From: Desulfomicrobium sp. | GTDB lineage: Bacteria; Desulfobacterota; Desulfovibrionia; Desulfovibrionales; Desulfomicrobiaceae | Length of the DNA: 64,000 nt | Assembly: GCA_040768745.1 (NCBI GenBank) | Contig: JAXGMI010000001.1 | Location: 1,056,001-1,120,000, forward strand | Direction of reading: 5' to 3' | Shown here: positions 46,155 through 55,656 of the stretch, one piece after another | Numbering within the stretch: the first letter of the stretch is position 1 | Layout of the letters: every line of letters starts with the position of its first letter | Notes under the pieces: model-generated | What the model was told of the DNA's origin: nothing | Databases searched by the model: none | Seen by the model: the letters and a program-made list of their open reading frames with translations, nothing else | Made by a program: the position numbers and the translations under genes

Positions 46155-46889
46155 GGGTCATGACTAGAACAGCGGGTTTGTCCTGATGATTTTGAGCAGG
46201 ACTTTATAGATGTTCTGGCCCCTATTGTTAAATCGAAATTCGCATTCTTTCAAATGCAAGAAAAAGGTTACCTTGCTGACACCTCTGAACTTGGCAAGGC
46301 GAGTTTTCGAATAGCCCCAAAAGCTTTCTATGCCATTGATATGGCTACGTTCATTGGCAAATTCATTGTCTCCGTGGTTGACCCTGAAATGCTTCTGGTA
46401 CCCTATATCCACCAGGCCGTTATAGCCGCGCCATCCATCGGAATGGATGACGCTTTCGACGCTGACTCGACCTCGGATAACCGCCTGAAGCGTGGCGCGG
46501 CTACAATCAGGCACGATCTCGGTATAGACTTGGCCTTGGCGCTTGAAGATGCCAAACACAATGGTTTTACTGCTTGCGCCACGACCTCGGAGTCCTTTGA
46601 CTCGGCGAGGCCCGAAGTAGCTTTCATCAACTTCGATTTCCCCGAGAACTGGGGCTTGTCGCTCGCAGTACTCAGCGATTCGTTGGCGCAAGGCCATGAG
46701 ATACCTGTTCACGGTATTTCTGTTTAGGCCAGTCACCAGGGCGATCTGGGATGCATCCAGATCAAAGGAAAAGAGCTTCAAGAATTGCCTGAATTTGGCC
46801 TCTGAAATTTTTGAACGATTTGCGTACTTATAACCCTTGCCATGACTCGATCCTAGCAGATTTGTTATCCGCTGTTCTAGTCATGACCC
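46155..46889 (-). mobile_element. IS1595-family insertion sequence (IS1016-like, 735 bp)
   Basis: Perfect 21-bp terminal inverted repeats GGGTCATGACTAGAACAGCGG (46155-46175 and 46869-46889); 8-bp target duplication ATTAATTA (46147-46154 and 46890-46897). Confidence 0.95.
46164..46843 (-). pseudogene. IS1595-family transposase with an apparent 1-nt frameshift near the 5' end
   Basis: EVDESYFG, IHSDGWRGY, HINGIESFW, LKECEFRFN; ATG at 46843 is out of frame with KYANRSKISEAKFRQFLKLF; the open frame in the track starts at TTG 46781. Confidence 0.75.
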
Positions 46890-46906
46890 ATTAATTAAAT
46901 TCTAAT

Positions 46907-47776
46907 ATGGTGATAAGTTACATTTCTGGCGGCCTTGGAAATCAAATGTTCCAGTATGCGGCTGGCCTTTCTCTCGCTCGGTTGAGGAAAACTTCGTTAT
47001 TCGTAGATGTGCGCTTTTACAGTGAGAACAAAGTGCATCAAGGCTACGAACTTGATCGTATCTTTGAGTGTGATCCTTTGGTGGTGAATGACGAGGATTT
47101 GGGCCGGATGATAGGCGAAAGGCGGCATTCTCTTTGCCAGCGTATTTTGAAGTTGAAGTTGGCTAAGGCTTTGAGGGGAAGACATTTTGTTGTTGAGCCT
47201 GATATCAGATTCTGGCCTGATTTTTTCTCCCTGTCTGGTAATTGCTATTTATCTGGGTATTGGCAATCTGAAAAGTATTTCAGTGTAATTGAAGATGTTG
47301 TGCGAAATCATTTTACATTCAAAAATATAGATTGCGTTAAGCTAGATTATTATAAAAAATTAATGTTAAATGAAAACTCAGTGAGTGTTCATATTCGGCG
47401 AGGTGATTACATTAATTCGAATTTTCACGGTTTGTGTTCTGTAGATTACTATAAGCGGGCAATTGATTTTATTGGAAATTCAATATCAAATCCTGTCTTA
47501 TATTTCTTTTCTGATGATATTGGATGGGTGAAGAAAAATTTCACTTTTGATTTTAATGTCAAATATATTGATTTTAATAATGGTTTGGATAGCTGGAAAG
47601 ATATGTATTTAATGACTTTATGCAGACATCATATTATTGCAAATAGTTCGTTTAGTTGGTGGGGGGCATGGTTAGGAAATAATAAAAATAAGATAGTCAT
47701 TGCTCCAGCGCGTTGGTTTTTAAAATCTAATGTCAATGCTCAGGGTATTTGCCCATCGTCATGGTTGCGCCTGTAA
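46907..47776 (+). CDS. Alpha-1,2-fucosyltransferase (GT11)
   Basis: GGLGNQMFQYA, GYWQSEKYF, VHIRRGDY, IANSSFSWWGAWL. Confidence 0.93.
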   Translation: MVISYISGGLGNQMFQYAAGLSLARLRKTSLFVDVRFYSENKVHQGYELDRIFECDPLVVNDEDLGRMIGERRHSLCQRILKLKLAKALRGRHFVVEPDIRFWPDFFSLSGNCYLSGYWQSEKYFSVIEDVVRNHFTFKNIDCVKLDYYKKLMLNENSVSVHIRRGDYINSNFHGLCSVDYYKRAIDFIGNSISNPVLYFFSDDIGWVKKNFTFDFNVKYIDFNNGLDSWKDMYLMTLCRHHIIANSSFSWWGAWLGNNKNKIVIAPARWFLKSNVNAQGICPSSWLRL

Positions 47777-48639
47777 TGCCTTGTCTTCCCACAGTTACAG
47801 TGCTTCTCCCTGTTTTAAACGGAAAAGTAACCGTTCGCGCCGCCGTGAATTCTATATGCCAACAGACTTTCGAGAGTTGGGAACTCTTGGTCCTTGATGA
47901 CGGCTCAACAGATGATTCTTTACTGGTTGTGAGTTCACTACGAGATGAGAGGATAATCCCAGTTCTTCCGACCAATGCTCGGGGCCTTGCCGCTCGTCTC
48001 AATCAGGGAATTGACTTGGCCAAGGGGAAGTATATCGCCCGCATGGATGCCGATGACCTCGCGTTTCCCGAGCGGTTGGCCCTGCAGGTAGAATTTTTGG
48101 AATGCCATACCGATGTGGATCTGGTTGGGGCGCGGGCGATTGCCTTCCGTGACGATGGGAGCGTGATAGGCTTGCTTCCCTTTGCTCAGAATCATGCCGA
48201 AATCTGTGCCCGCCCTTGGAACAACATCCCCCTTGCCCACCCGACCTGGATGGGCCGAGCCGAGTGGTTTCGACGGCATCGGTACGCCATTCCAGAATAC
48301 CACCGAGCCGAGGACCAGGAACTGCTGATCAGGGCATCGCAGACCAGCACCTTCGCATGCCTGCCAGATGTTTTGCTAGCCTACAGGCAATGGCCATTTT
48401 CAGCACGGCGGACGCTGACCGGTCGGACCAGCCTCTTGCGGGCTCAGGCCCGGCATTTTCTGCGGAGGGGAGAAGTCGGTTTTTTGTGCAGGTCCCTTGC
48501 CCTGTATGGGATCAAGTCCATAGTGGACCTGATCGCAAACCTGCCGGGGATGGACAGGCTCTACTTCACGCGGATGAGTGAAATGCCAGATCAGGCAACG
48601 ATGAAGCAGTATGCACGCCTCCAGGACGTGTTCCGATGA
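47776..48639 (+). CDS. Glycosyltransferase family 2
   Basis: VLLPVLNG, LDDGSTD, ARMDADD, AED. Confidence 0.9.
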   Translation: MPCLPTVTVLLPVLNGKVTVRAAVNSICQQTFESWELLVLDDGSTDDSLLVVSSLRDERIIPVLPTNARGLAARLNQGIDLAKGKYIARMDADDLAFPERLALQVEFLECHTDVDLVGARAIAFRDDGSVIGLLPFAQNHAEICARPWNNIPLAHPTWMGRAEWFRRHRYAIPEYHRAEDQELLIRASQTSTFACLPDVLLAYRQWPFSARRTLTGRTSLLRAQARHFLRRGEVGFLCRSLALYGIKSIVDLIANLPGMDRLYFTRMSEMPDQATMKQYARLQDVFR

Positions 48640-48705
48640 CTGGCTGCTGTTGCCGCATCCGGGGCAATCACAAGCCCGCCGGCCATCTCCCCGGGGAAGT
48701 TTGAC

Positions 48706-49839
48706 GTGAAATTCGTTTTCCTCTCCCACCTGGACTTGAATCTCTACCTCTTCCGCCTGCCCATCATGCAGGCCCTGGTCGCACGCGGGCACGAGGTCAT
48801 TACCTTGTGCCCCAGAGGGGATGTATTTGATCGCTTTACCGCTCACGGTGTCACGGCGGTCCACTACGACGTCGACCGATCCAGTCTCAACCCCTTGCGC
48901 GAATATCCCGTCATTCTTCATTTAGCTTCATTGCTTCGGCGGCACAGGCCCGATGTGCTGCATACGTTTACGGCTAAGCCCAACATCTACGGAACTCTGG
49001 CGGGACGGATGGCACGGGTGCCGGTAATCCATAATCTTGTCGAGGGTCTCGGCTCCTTCTATGTTGAGGACTCCCTGCGCAACCGCTGCGTGCGAGCCTG
49101 CATGGAAGGGCTTTACGCCATTTCCTGCCGCCTGTCCGACAGCACGGTCTTCGTCAACCGGGACGACGCCGACCATTTTCGCGCCCACAGGCTAATCCCG
49201 CTGGATAAGGTTCGCATTATTCGTAGTGTGGGGATCGACACGCAGACATTCAGGCCAGGAATTCATGATCTGTCGCCGGTTCGGCGTGAGCTCGGGCTCG
49301 ATTCCGCGTCCCGAGTCGTGCTCATGGTCGCCCGAGCCATCTGGCACAAAGGGCTGGCCGAATACATCGAGGCGGCGGGACTGGTGCGGTCCAGACATCC
49401 CGAGGCCGTCTTCCTGCTGGCCGGGGACGTGGACCCCGGGAATCCCTCGTCGGCGACCCGCCAGTATCTGAGGGAAAATCCGCACATCCGCTGGCTCGGA
49501 CAGAGGGGGGATATTGCGGAACTGACCGCCCTGTGCGACGTGTACGTCCTGCCCAGCTACCGCGAAGGGGTGCCGCGCACCCTGCTGGAGGCCGCGTCCA
49601 TGGCCAAGCCCATCGTCACCACGGACACGGTCGGCTGCCGGGAGGTGGTGGAGGACGGGGTCAACGGCTTCCTGGTCCCGGTCCGGGACAGCGCGACCCT
49701 GGCGGCCCGCATCGGGGAGTTGCTGGACGAGGAGGCCTTGCGCCAGCGCATGGGCGCGGCCGGACGGGCAAAAGCGGTCCGGGAATTCGACGTGCGGCAC
49801 GTGGTGCGTCAATATCTTGAACTCTACGGGGTGGAGTGA
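48706..49839 (+). CDS. pglA: GT4 glycosyltransferase, PglA-like
   Basis: NLYLFRLPIM, HTFTAKPNIYG, VEGLGSFY, ARAIWHKG, PSYREGVPRTLLEA; lies directly upstream of pglB. Confidence 0.8.
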   Translation: MKFVFLSHLDLNLYLFRLPIMQALVARGHEVITLCPRGDVFDRFTAHGVTAVHYDVDRSSLNPLREYPVILHLASLLRRHRPDVLHTFTAKPNIYGTLAGRMARVPVIHNLVEGLGSFYVEDSLRNRCVRACMEGLYAISCRLSDSTVFVNRDDADHFRAHRLIPLDKVRIIRSVGIDTQTFRPGIHDLSPVRRELGLDSASRVVLMVARAIWHKGLAEYIEAAGLVRSRHPEAVFLLAGDVDPGNPSSATRQYLRENPHIRWLGQRGDIAELTALCDVYVLPSYREGVPRTLLEAASMAKPIVTTDTVGCREVVEDGVNGFLVPVRDSATLAARIGELLDEEALRQRMGAAGRAKAVREFDVRHVVRQYLELYGVE

Positions 49840-51992
49840 TGGGAAAGACCCAAACAGAGGACGGTCGATCCGCAGGGGTGGCCAGAACCTGGACCATGCC
49901 TGAAAACGGCGAGCTGATCTTTGCCTTTGCGCTGGCCTTTTTCCTGAACGCGAGCATCCGGCTCATCGAGTACGGGGCCTGGCAGGCGGAGCCCTTTTTC
50001 GTCGGCAACGAGCCCCTCATGGCCACCCACGACGCCTACGCGTGGCTGGCCGGGGCCAAGGGGGTGGGATACTACGCGGTATCCCGTTTCTCGGCCGTCA
50101 TCAAGTGGCTGCACGAGTTGACTGGCCTGCCGCTGGGCACCATCGGCTTCTGGCTGCCCGTGATCAGCGTGCCCTGGCTGGCCCTGCCGGCCTGCCTGCT
50201 GGCCCGCGCGCTGCATCTGACAGAGGCCGGGGCGATCTTCGCGCTGACGGCCGGATCGAGTCTGGGCTATCTGGTGCGGACCCGGCTGGGGTTCTGCGAT
50301 ACGGACCTGGTCACGCTTTTTTTCCCTCTGGCCTTTACCTGCGCACTGGTCGCGTGGCTGACGACGCAGACCCGTCCGACATGGCGGGCCCGGTCCGTGG
50401 AGCACGCCCAGGAGAACCGCCTGGCCCCGGCCCTGGCCCTCCTGGCCGGGGGAATGGGCGCACTCAACGTGTCCTTCTATCCCCAGGGCGGAAGCCTCAT
50501 CCTGGCCGTGCTGGGTGTGGCCGTGGCCCTTTCCCTGATCCTGGCCCCGGCATCCCGGCGTGGGCAGGTCTGGTGCGGGCTGCTGCTGGTCTATGCCCTG
50601 ACCTTCGGAGGATGGCCCGGGGCCGTTGCGGCACTGGGGCTTTCGGCCCTGCTTGCCTTCCGCCCCGCCTTGCTGCAGCGCAGGGAGGCCCCCGGCCTCC
50701 TGGCCCTGGCCACCGTCCTGGTGCTGTACCTGGGCGGGCTGCACGTCATGGTCATGGACTACGCGCGCATGGTCATGAACTACGCCAAGATCCACCCCGC
50801 AGACATCGCCTACAACGCCAGTTCCCTGCAACTCCCGGCCATCGCCCAGAGCGTGCGCGAGGCCCAGAACCTGCCCTGGGAGCAGGTGGCGGAACGGATT
50901 GCCGGCAGCACGGCACTCTTTCTTATTGGTCTGGCCGGCTACGGGTTTGCCGTGGTGCGCAGGCCGCAGCTGTTGCTCTTTCTGCCCTTTCTGGCCCTTG
51001 GTCTGGCCAGCGTGAAGCTCGGCAACCGTTTTTCCATGTTCGGAGGGGTGGCCCTGGGGGCTGGCTTTGGCTTCGGCTTGGCCGAACTGATGCGTCTGCT
51101 GGGGCAGGGCCAAGGCCGGCGCTGGATCGCCCAACTTCTGCTGGCCTGCTTTGCCTTCTGGCCGGCTGGGGTCATGATGCGGGACATGGGGCCCGTGCCT
51201 GTGCTGCCCAAGGTCTATGCCCAGACCTTCCTGGACCTGCGCCAGAAAACGGAACCCGACGCCAGGCTGTGGCAGTGGTGGGATTATGGCTACGCCGGGC
51301 AGTACTATGCCGAACGCGCGACCTTCGGGGACGGAGGAAACCACGACGGGGCGTGGCTGTACCCTCTGGCCCGGGTGCACAGCACCGACTCCCCGCGTCT
51401 GGCCAGCCAGATGATGCGGTTCGTGACCATGTCCCAGCGCTCGCACTCGGCGGACAAGGCGCCAGCGGCGTTCTACGGGGTGGGTCCAGTGGAGGCCTTC
51501 CAGAGCATGGGCGCGAAGAACGCCACAGCCTTTGTGGCCGGTTTGGCCCGGACAGAGATGGACTTCCCTGCCGATCTGCCGGCCCAATACCTGGTCGTGT
51601 CCTGGGAGAACCTGCGTCTGGGCGGGTGGATCGGCTATTACGGCAACTGGGACCTGGTTGCGGGCACGTCGTCTCCCGGCAAGATCCAGCAGGTGCAGGG
51701 GGAGGTCCGCATCGATTCCGGATCCGGGGCCATGATCGTGAACGGCAAGAACGTTCCGGTGGACTCCCTGGATGTGGTGGAGGAGGCCGGGACCAAACAT
51801 TTTGCATGGCCCACGGGCTCGGGCATGCACGTGCTCATCAACCAGCTCTCCAGGCAGGTCTTTCTGATGGACGAGGGGATGTACCGTTCCATGATGGTGC
51901 AGATGCTCATCGCCCCACCCGAGAAATTCGCCGAGGATTTCACCCTGGTCGTGGACAGATTCCCGTGGGTACGGGCGTACAAGGTGAGGTAG
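49839..51992 (+). CDS. pglB: STT3/PglB oligosaccharyltransferase
   Basis: THDAYAW, GFCDTD, SVRE, WWDYGY, DGG, multi-TM N-terminal domain. Confidence 0.93.
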   Translation: MGKTQTEDGRSAGVARTWTMPENGELIFAFALAFFLNASIRLIEYGAWQAEPFFVGNEPLMATHDAYAWLAGAKGVGYYAVSRFSAVIKWLHELTGLPLGTIGFWLPVISVPWLALPACLLARALHLTEAGAIFALTAGSSLGYLVRTRLGFCDTDLVTLFFPLAFTCALVAWLTTQTRPTWRARSVEHAQENRLAPALALLAGGMGALNVSFYPQGGSLILAVLGVAVALSLILAPASRRGQVWCGLLLVYALTFGGWPGAVAALGLSALLAFRPALLQRREAPGLLALATVLVLYLGGLHVMVMDYARMVMNYAKIHPADIAYNASSLQLPAIAQSVREAQNLPWEQVAERIAGSTALFLIGLAGYGFAVVRRPQLLLFLPFLALGLASVKLGNRFSMFGGVALGAGFGFGLAELMRLLGQGQGRRWIAQLLLACFAFWPAGVMMRDMGPVPVLPKVYAQTFLDLRQKTEPDARLWQWWDYGYAGQYYAERATFGDGGNHDGAWLYPLARVHSTDSPRLASQMMRFVTMSQRSHSADKAPAAFYGVGPVEAFQSMGAKNATAFVAGLARTEMDFPADLPAQYLVVSWENLRLGGWIGYYGNWDLVAGTSSPGKIQQVQGEVRIDSGSGAMIVNGKNVPVDSLDVVEEAGTKHFAWPTGSGMHVLINQLSRQVFLMDEGMYRSMMVQMLIAPPEKFAEDFTLVVDRFPWVRAYKVR

Positions 51993-52008
51993 GTTGAATT
52001 GCGAAAAG
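51987..52008 (+). repeat. 22-bp direct repeat, left copy (overlaps the pglB stop)
   Basis: AGGTAGGTTGAATTGCGAAAAG, identical to 52834-52855. Confidence 0.92.
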
Positions 52009-52025
52009 GCAGTGAGGTGCGATTG

Positions 52026-52054
52026 TTGACAAAGTAAGGAATAATCCTTACATT
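52026..52054 (+). promoter_or_regulatory. Sigma70 promoter with overlapping operator palindrome for prlF-yhaV
   Basis: TTGACA (52026) -17 bp- TACATT (52049); inverted repeat GTAAGGA-ATAA-TCCTTAC at 52034-52051. Confidence 0.75.
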
Positions 52055-52080
52055 GTGCCGAAACAAGCGGGAGAACATCC

Positions 52081-52395
52081 ATGCATACCATTCACGAAGT
52101 GGCGACGGTGACCTCGAAAGGTCAGATCACGCTGCCCAAGTCCATCCGCCAGGCCCTGGGTGTTGGTTTCGGGGGGAAGGTGTCTTTCAGCCTGCGCGGC
52201 GACGAGGTCGTCGTCACCCGCAGCGAGGAAGCCGAACACGAGGATCCGGCTATTACCCGCTTCCTGGCGCTTCTGGAAAAGGACATCGAATCCGGGCGCA
52301 ATATCCGGCCCCTTCCCGAAAGGCTTGCGCAGCGCATGGCCGCGACCCTGGACCTTCCTGCCGATGACGACATCCAGGGCGATGTGGAGTTATGA
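52081..52395 (+). CDS. prlF: PrlF-family (AbrB-like) antitoxin
   Basis: ATVTSKGQITLPKSIRQALG, EDPAITRFLALLEKDI. Confidence 0.9.
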   Translation: MHTIHEVATVTSKGQITLPKSIRQALGVGFGGKVSFSLRGDEVVVTRSEEAEHEDPAITRFLALLEKDIESGRNIRPLPERLAQRMAATLDLPADDDIQGDVEL

Positions 52396-52844
52396 TCGAA
52401 CGTCACGGCTGGAAACTGTTTTTCCATGCATGCATGTTGGAGCAGCTGGAAAGGCTGGATTCAGCGGCGGAGCGGGCCAGGCGAAGCGACCCTGATGGCC
52501 ATGCGTCCAACGCCAACGTGAAACTTCTGGCTGCGGTTTCCCGCCTTGTCTTAGAGACGATTCCTTCGGACCCGTCGCGTCCCGAGTATCGCCTCGGGAC
52601 GACCATGGGGACCGCCTTCCGGCATTGGCGCAGGGCCAAGATCGGAAGGCGGTTTCGCGTTTTTTTCCGGTATGACTCCGCGTCCCGGGTAATCGTCTTC
52701 GTCTGGATCAACGACGAGCAGACTCTGCGCTGCGCCGGCGGCCGGTCCGACCCGTATGTGGTGTTCAGGAAAATGCTGTCGCGTGGACATCCGCCGGATG
52801 ACTGGGATAGTCTTCTGGCCTCCTCGAGGTCAAAGGTAGGTTGA
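52392..52844 (+). CDS. yhaV: YhaV-family toxin
   Basis: HGWKLF, IPSDP, WRRAK, RFRVFFRY, WINDEQTLR, DPYVVFRKML, PPDDW. Confidence 0.9.
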   Translation: MIERHGWKLFFHACMLEQLERLDSAAERARRSDPDGHASNANVKLLAAVSRLVLETIPSDPSRPEYRLGTTMGTAFRHWRRAKIGRRFRVFFRYDSASRVIVFVWINDEQTLRCAGGRSDPYVVFRKMLSRGHPPDDWDSLLASSRSKVG

Positions 52845-52855
52845 ATTGCGAAAAG
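52834..52855 (+). repeat. 22-bp direct repeat, right copy (overlaps the yhaV stop)
   Basis: AGGTAGGTTGAATTGCGAAAAG. Confidence 0.92.
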
Positions 52856-52958
52856 TCGCGGCGAGAGAGCATCGGTCATATATGTTTGAGCATGGCTGCG
52901 GGACCTGCTAGCATTGTCGCATCTGGACATCGGTGCATCATCGCATCAAGGAGGCCTC

Positions 52959-53180
52959 CTGCGGACAACACTGGATCTTGACGAGGACATCCTGGAGCGG
53001 GCGCGGCTGCTCGCCCGGCAGCACGGCGCGTCGCTCGGTAAGGAGGTGTCGCGCCTGGTGCGCAAGGCTCTGGAGGAGCCGCCTGCGTGTCATGACGGGG
53101 TCGGTGTGGCCGGATTCGAGCCCTTCCCGGCCGAGGGGCGGGTGGTGACGGATGCTCATCGCAAAACCGCGCCCTTTTGA
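52959..53180 (+). pseudogene. Orphan VapB-like RHH antitoxin remnant
   Basis: AGGAGG RBS followed by CTG in place of ATG; RTTLDLDEDILERARLLARQHGASLGKEVSRLVRKAL; no toxin gene follows. Confidence 0.65.
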
Positions 53181-53237
53181 ACCGCACTTCGAACTCGTGG
53201 ACGACAGGAACCCGTGGACACGGGTGTACAGGGCCAG

Positions 53238-53846
53238 ATGATGAAACGAGCGCTGGACCTTCTGGTTTCCTCCGTGACGCTGTGCGTGCTGTCTCCGCTG
53301 CTGGCCGCGATCGGAGCGGCAGTTTGGTGGCAGATGGGCTGGCCGGTCCTGTTCACGCAGATCCGTCCCGGCCTGCATGGCCGTCCGTTCCGGATGATCA
53401 AATTCCGGACCATGACCGCGCAGGCTGACGCCCAGGGCGCTCCCCTGCCCGACGCCCAGCGGCTGACTAGGCTGGGACGGTTTTTGCGGGGCACGTCCCT
53501 GGACGAACTCCCGGAACTGTGGAACGTGCTCAAGGGGGACATGAGCCTGGTCGGGCCGCGGCCATTGCTGATGGAATACCTGCCCCTCTATTCCCCCGGA
53601 CAGGCCCGGCGACACGAGGTCCGGCCCGGCATCACCGGCTGGGCCCAGGTCAACGGGCGCAATGCCTTGAGCTGGGAGGAGAAGTTCGCCCTGGATGTCT
53701 GGTACGTGGACAACCAGAGTCTGACCTTGGACCTGAAAATTCTGTGGCTGACCGTGAAATCGGTCCTGCGGCGGGAAGGAATCAGCGCGGAGGGGCACGA
53801 GACCATGCCGAAATTCGAGGGCTCATCTCACAGGAACGCACAATGA
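53238..53846 (+). CDS. pglC: Undecaprenyl-phosphate sugar phosphotransferase, PglC-like
   Basis: KRALD, KFRTM, SLDELPELWNVLKGDMSLVGPRP, PGITGWAQVNGRN. Confidence 0.9.
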   Translation: MMKRALDLLVSSVTLCVLSPLLAAIGAAVWWQMGWPVLFTQIRPGLHGRPFRMIKFRTMTAQADAQGAPLPDAQRLTRLGRFLRGTSLDELPELWNVLKGDMSLVGPRPLLMEYLPLYSPGQARRHEVRPGITGWAQVNGRNALSWEEKFALDVWYVDNQSLTLDLKILWLTVKSVLRREGISAEGHETMPKFEGSSHRNAQ

Positions 53847-54466
53847 CTGACGTGTATATCATCGGGGCGAGCGGCCACGGCAAGGTCGTGCAGGCGGCCC
53901 TCCGCACCATGGGGATGCCCGTGGGGGGGTTTTTCGACGACGATCCGGGGTTGCTGGGAGGATCTGTCTGCGGCATCCCCGTGCTCGGACCGGTCAGGGA
54001 TTTTGGCCTTCTTGAACGCCCGAGAGGCGTGATCGCCATCGGAAAGGCCACAATCCGGCAAAGGACTGCACAGTCCTTCCCACAGGCCGAGTGGTTGCGT
54101 GTCGTGCACGCCTCGTCCTGGGTCGATATTTCAGTCGATGTGGGGGATGGTTCCATCGTCTGTGCCGGCGGGGTGGTGCAGCCAGACAGCGTGCTGGGCA
54201 GGCATTGCATCATCAACACAGGAGCGACGATTGATCATGACTGTCGCGTCGGCGATTACGCGCATGTTTGTCCCGGGGCGCACCTCGGAGGAAACGTGCA
54301 TGTGGGGACTGGATCCTGGATCGGCATCGGCAGTCAGGTCATCCAGGGCGTGGCGATCGGGGCAAACGTGACTGTGGGGGCAGGATCTACAGTGTTGCGC
54401 GACGTACCGGACAACGCGGTTGTCGTCGGCTCGCCGGCAAGGATTGTGAGGTACGACCGATGCTGA
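53843..54466 (+). CDS. pglD: Sugar N-acetyltransferase, PglD/NeuD-like
   Basis: IGASGHGKVV, IDHDC, hexapeptide repeats, VVGSPA. Confidence 0.85.
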   Translation: MTDVYIIGASGHGKVVQAALRTMGMPVGGFFDDDPGLLGGSVCGIPVLGPVRDFGLLERPRGVIAIGKATIRQRTAQSFPQAEWLRVVHASSWVDISVDVGDGSIVCAGGVVQPDSVLGRHCIINTGATIDHDCRVGDYAHVCPGAHLGGNVHVGTGSWIGIGSQVIQGVAIGANVTVGAGSTVLRDVPDNAVVVGSPARIVRYDRC

Positions 54467-55656
54467 AAAGCGGGTTTTCTCCCTGGCCGCATTTTGCCGC
54501 GGACGAGCGCGAGGCCGTGCAGCGCGTGCTGGAGTCCGGCCGGGTCAACTACTGGACCGGCGAGGAATGCCGCCTGTTCGAGGCCGAATACGCGGCCTAC
54601 GTCGGGCGGCGGCACGCCATCGCCCTGGCCAACGGGACCGTGGCCCTGGAACTGGCCCTGCAGGCCTTTGGGGTCGGCCCCGGCGACGAGGTGGTGACCA
54701 CGTGCTGGTCCTTCATCGCCTCTGCCAGTTGCGCCGTGGCCAGGGGGGCCGTGCCCGTTCTGGCGGACGTGGACCCCGAGTCCCGCAACATCACCGCCGA
54801 CAGCATCGGCCGGGTCCTCACCCCCCGGACCAGAGCCATTGTCTGCGTGCATCTGGTGGGTTGGCCCTGCGACATGGACCCGATCATGGATCTGGCGCGG
54901 GAGCGCGGGCTCCTCGTCATCGAGGACTGCGCCCAGGCCCACGGCGCCCGGTACAAGGGCCGCCCCGTGGGTTCTTTCGGTCATGCCGCGGCGTTTTCCT
55001 TTTGCCAGGACAAGATCGTGACCACCGGCGGCGAGGGGGGCATGCTGCTCCTGGATGACGAAGAGGCCTGGAAGCGGGCCTGGGCCTACAAGGACCATGG
55101 CAAGAGCTGGGACGCGGTGCACCGGAGGGACCATCCGGCCGGGTTCCGCTGGGTGCACGAGTCCTTCGGGACCAACTGGCGCATGACCGAGATGCAGGCC
55201 GCCATCGGCCGGGTCCAGCTCGGCAAGCTGGATGGCTGGGTCGCCCGGCGCAGGCGCAATGCCGGCCTGCTGGCCGGACGGTTGGGAACTGTGCCCGGGG
55301 TGGGCATCGAGTCTCCAGGTCCTGATTTTTTCCATGCCTATTACAAGCTCTACGTCACGCTGGAACCCGGGGCCCTGGCCAGGGGATGGAGCCGGGACCG
55401 GGTGGTGGCCGAAATCAATGCCGCCGGCCTGCCCTGTCTTGCAGGAGTCTGCCCGGAAATGTACAGGGAGCAGGCCTTTGTGCGGGCCGGTTACGTCCCT
55501 GAAAAACCGTTTCCCGTGGCCCGGGACCTTGGTTCCCGGAGCCTGCTGCTCCTGGTCCACCCGACGCTGACAGACGAGGACCTGCACCGCTACGCCGGCG
55601 CGGTGGAGCGGGTCCTGCACTCCGCGCTGCGCAATCCGGGGGCCATTGACCCATGA
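54460..55656 (+). CDS. pglE: DegT-family aminotransferase (PglE role, bacillosamine pathway)
   Basis: VNYWTG, IEDCAQAHGA, SFCQDKIVTTGGEGG, GTNWRMTEMQAA. Confidence 0.82.
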   Translation: MLKSGFSPWPHFAADEREAVQRVLESGRVNYWTGEECRLFEAEYAAYVGRRHAIALANGTVALELALQAFGVGPGDEVVTTCWSFIASASCAVARGAVPVLADVDPESRNITADSIGRVLTPRTRAIVCVHLVGWPCDMDPIMDLARERGLLVIEDCAQAHGARYKGRPVGSFGHAAAFSFCQDKIVTTGGEGGMLLLDDEEAWKRAWAYKDHGKSWDAVHRRDHPAGFRWVHESFGTNWRMTEMQAAIGRVQLGKLDGWVARRRRNAGLLAGRLGTVPGVGIESPGPDFFHAYYKLYVTLEPGALARGWSRDRVVAEINAAGLPCLAGVCPEMYREQAFVRAGYVPEKPFPVARDLGSRSLLLLVHPTLTDEDLHRYAGAVERVLHSALRNPGAIDP

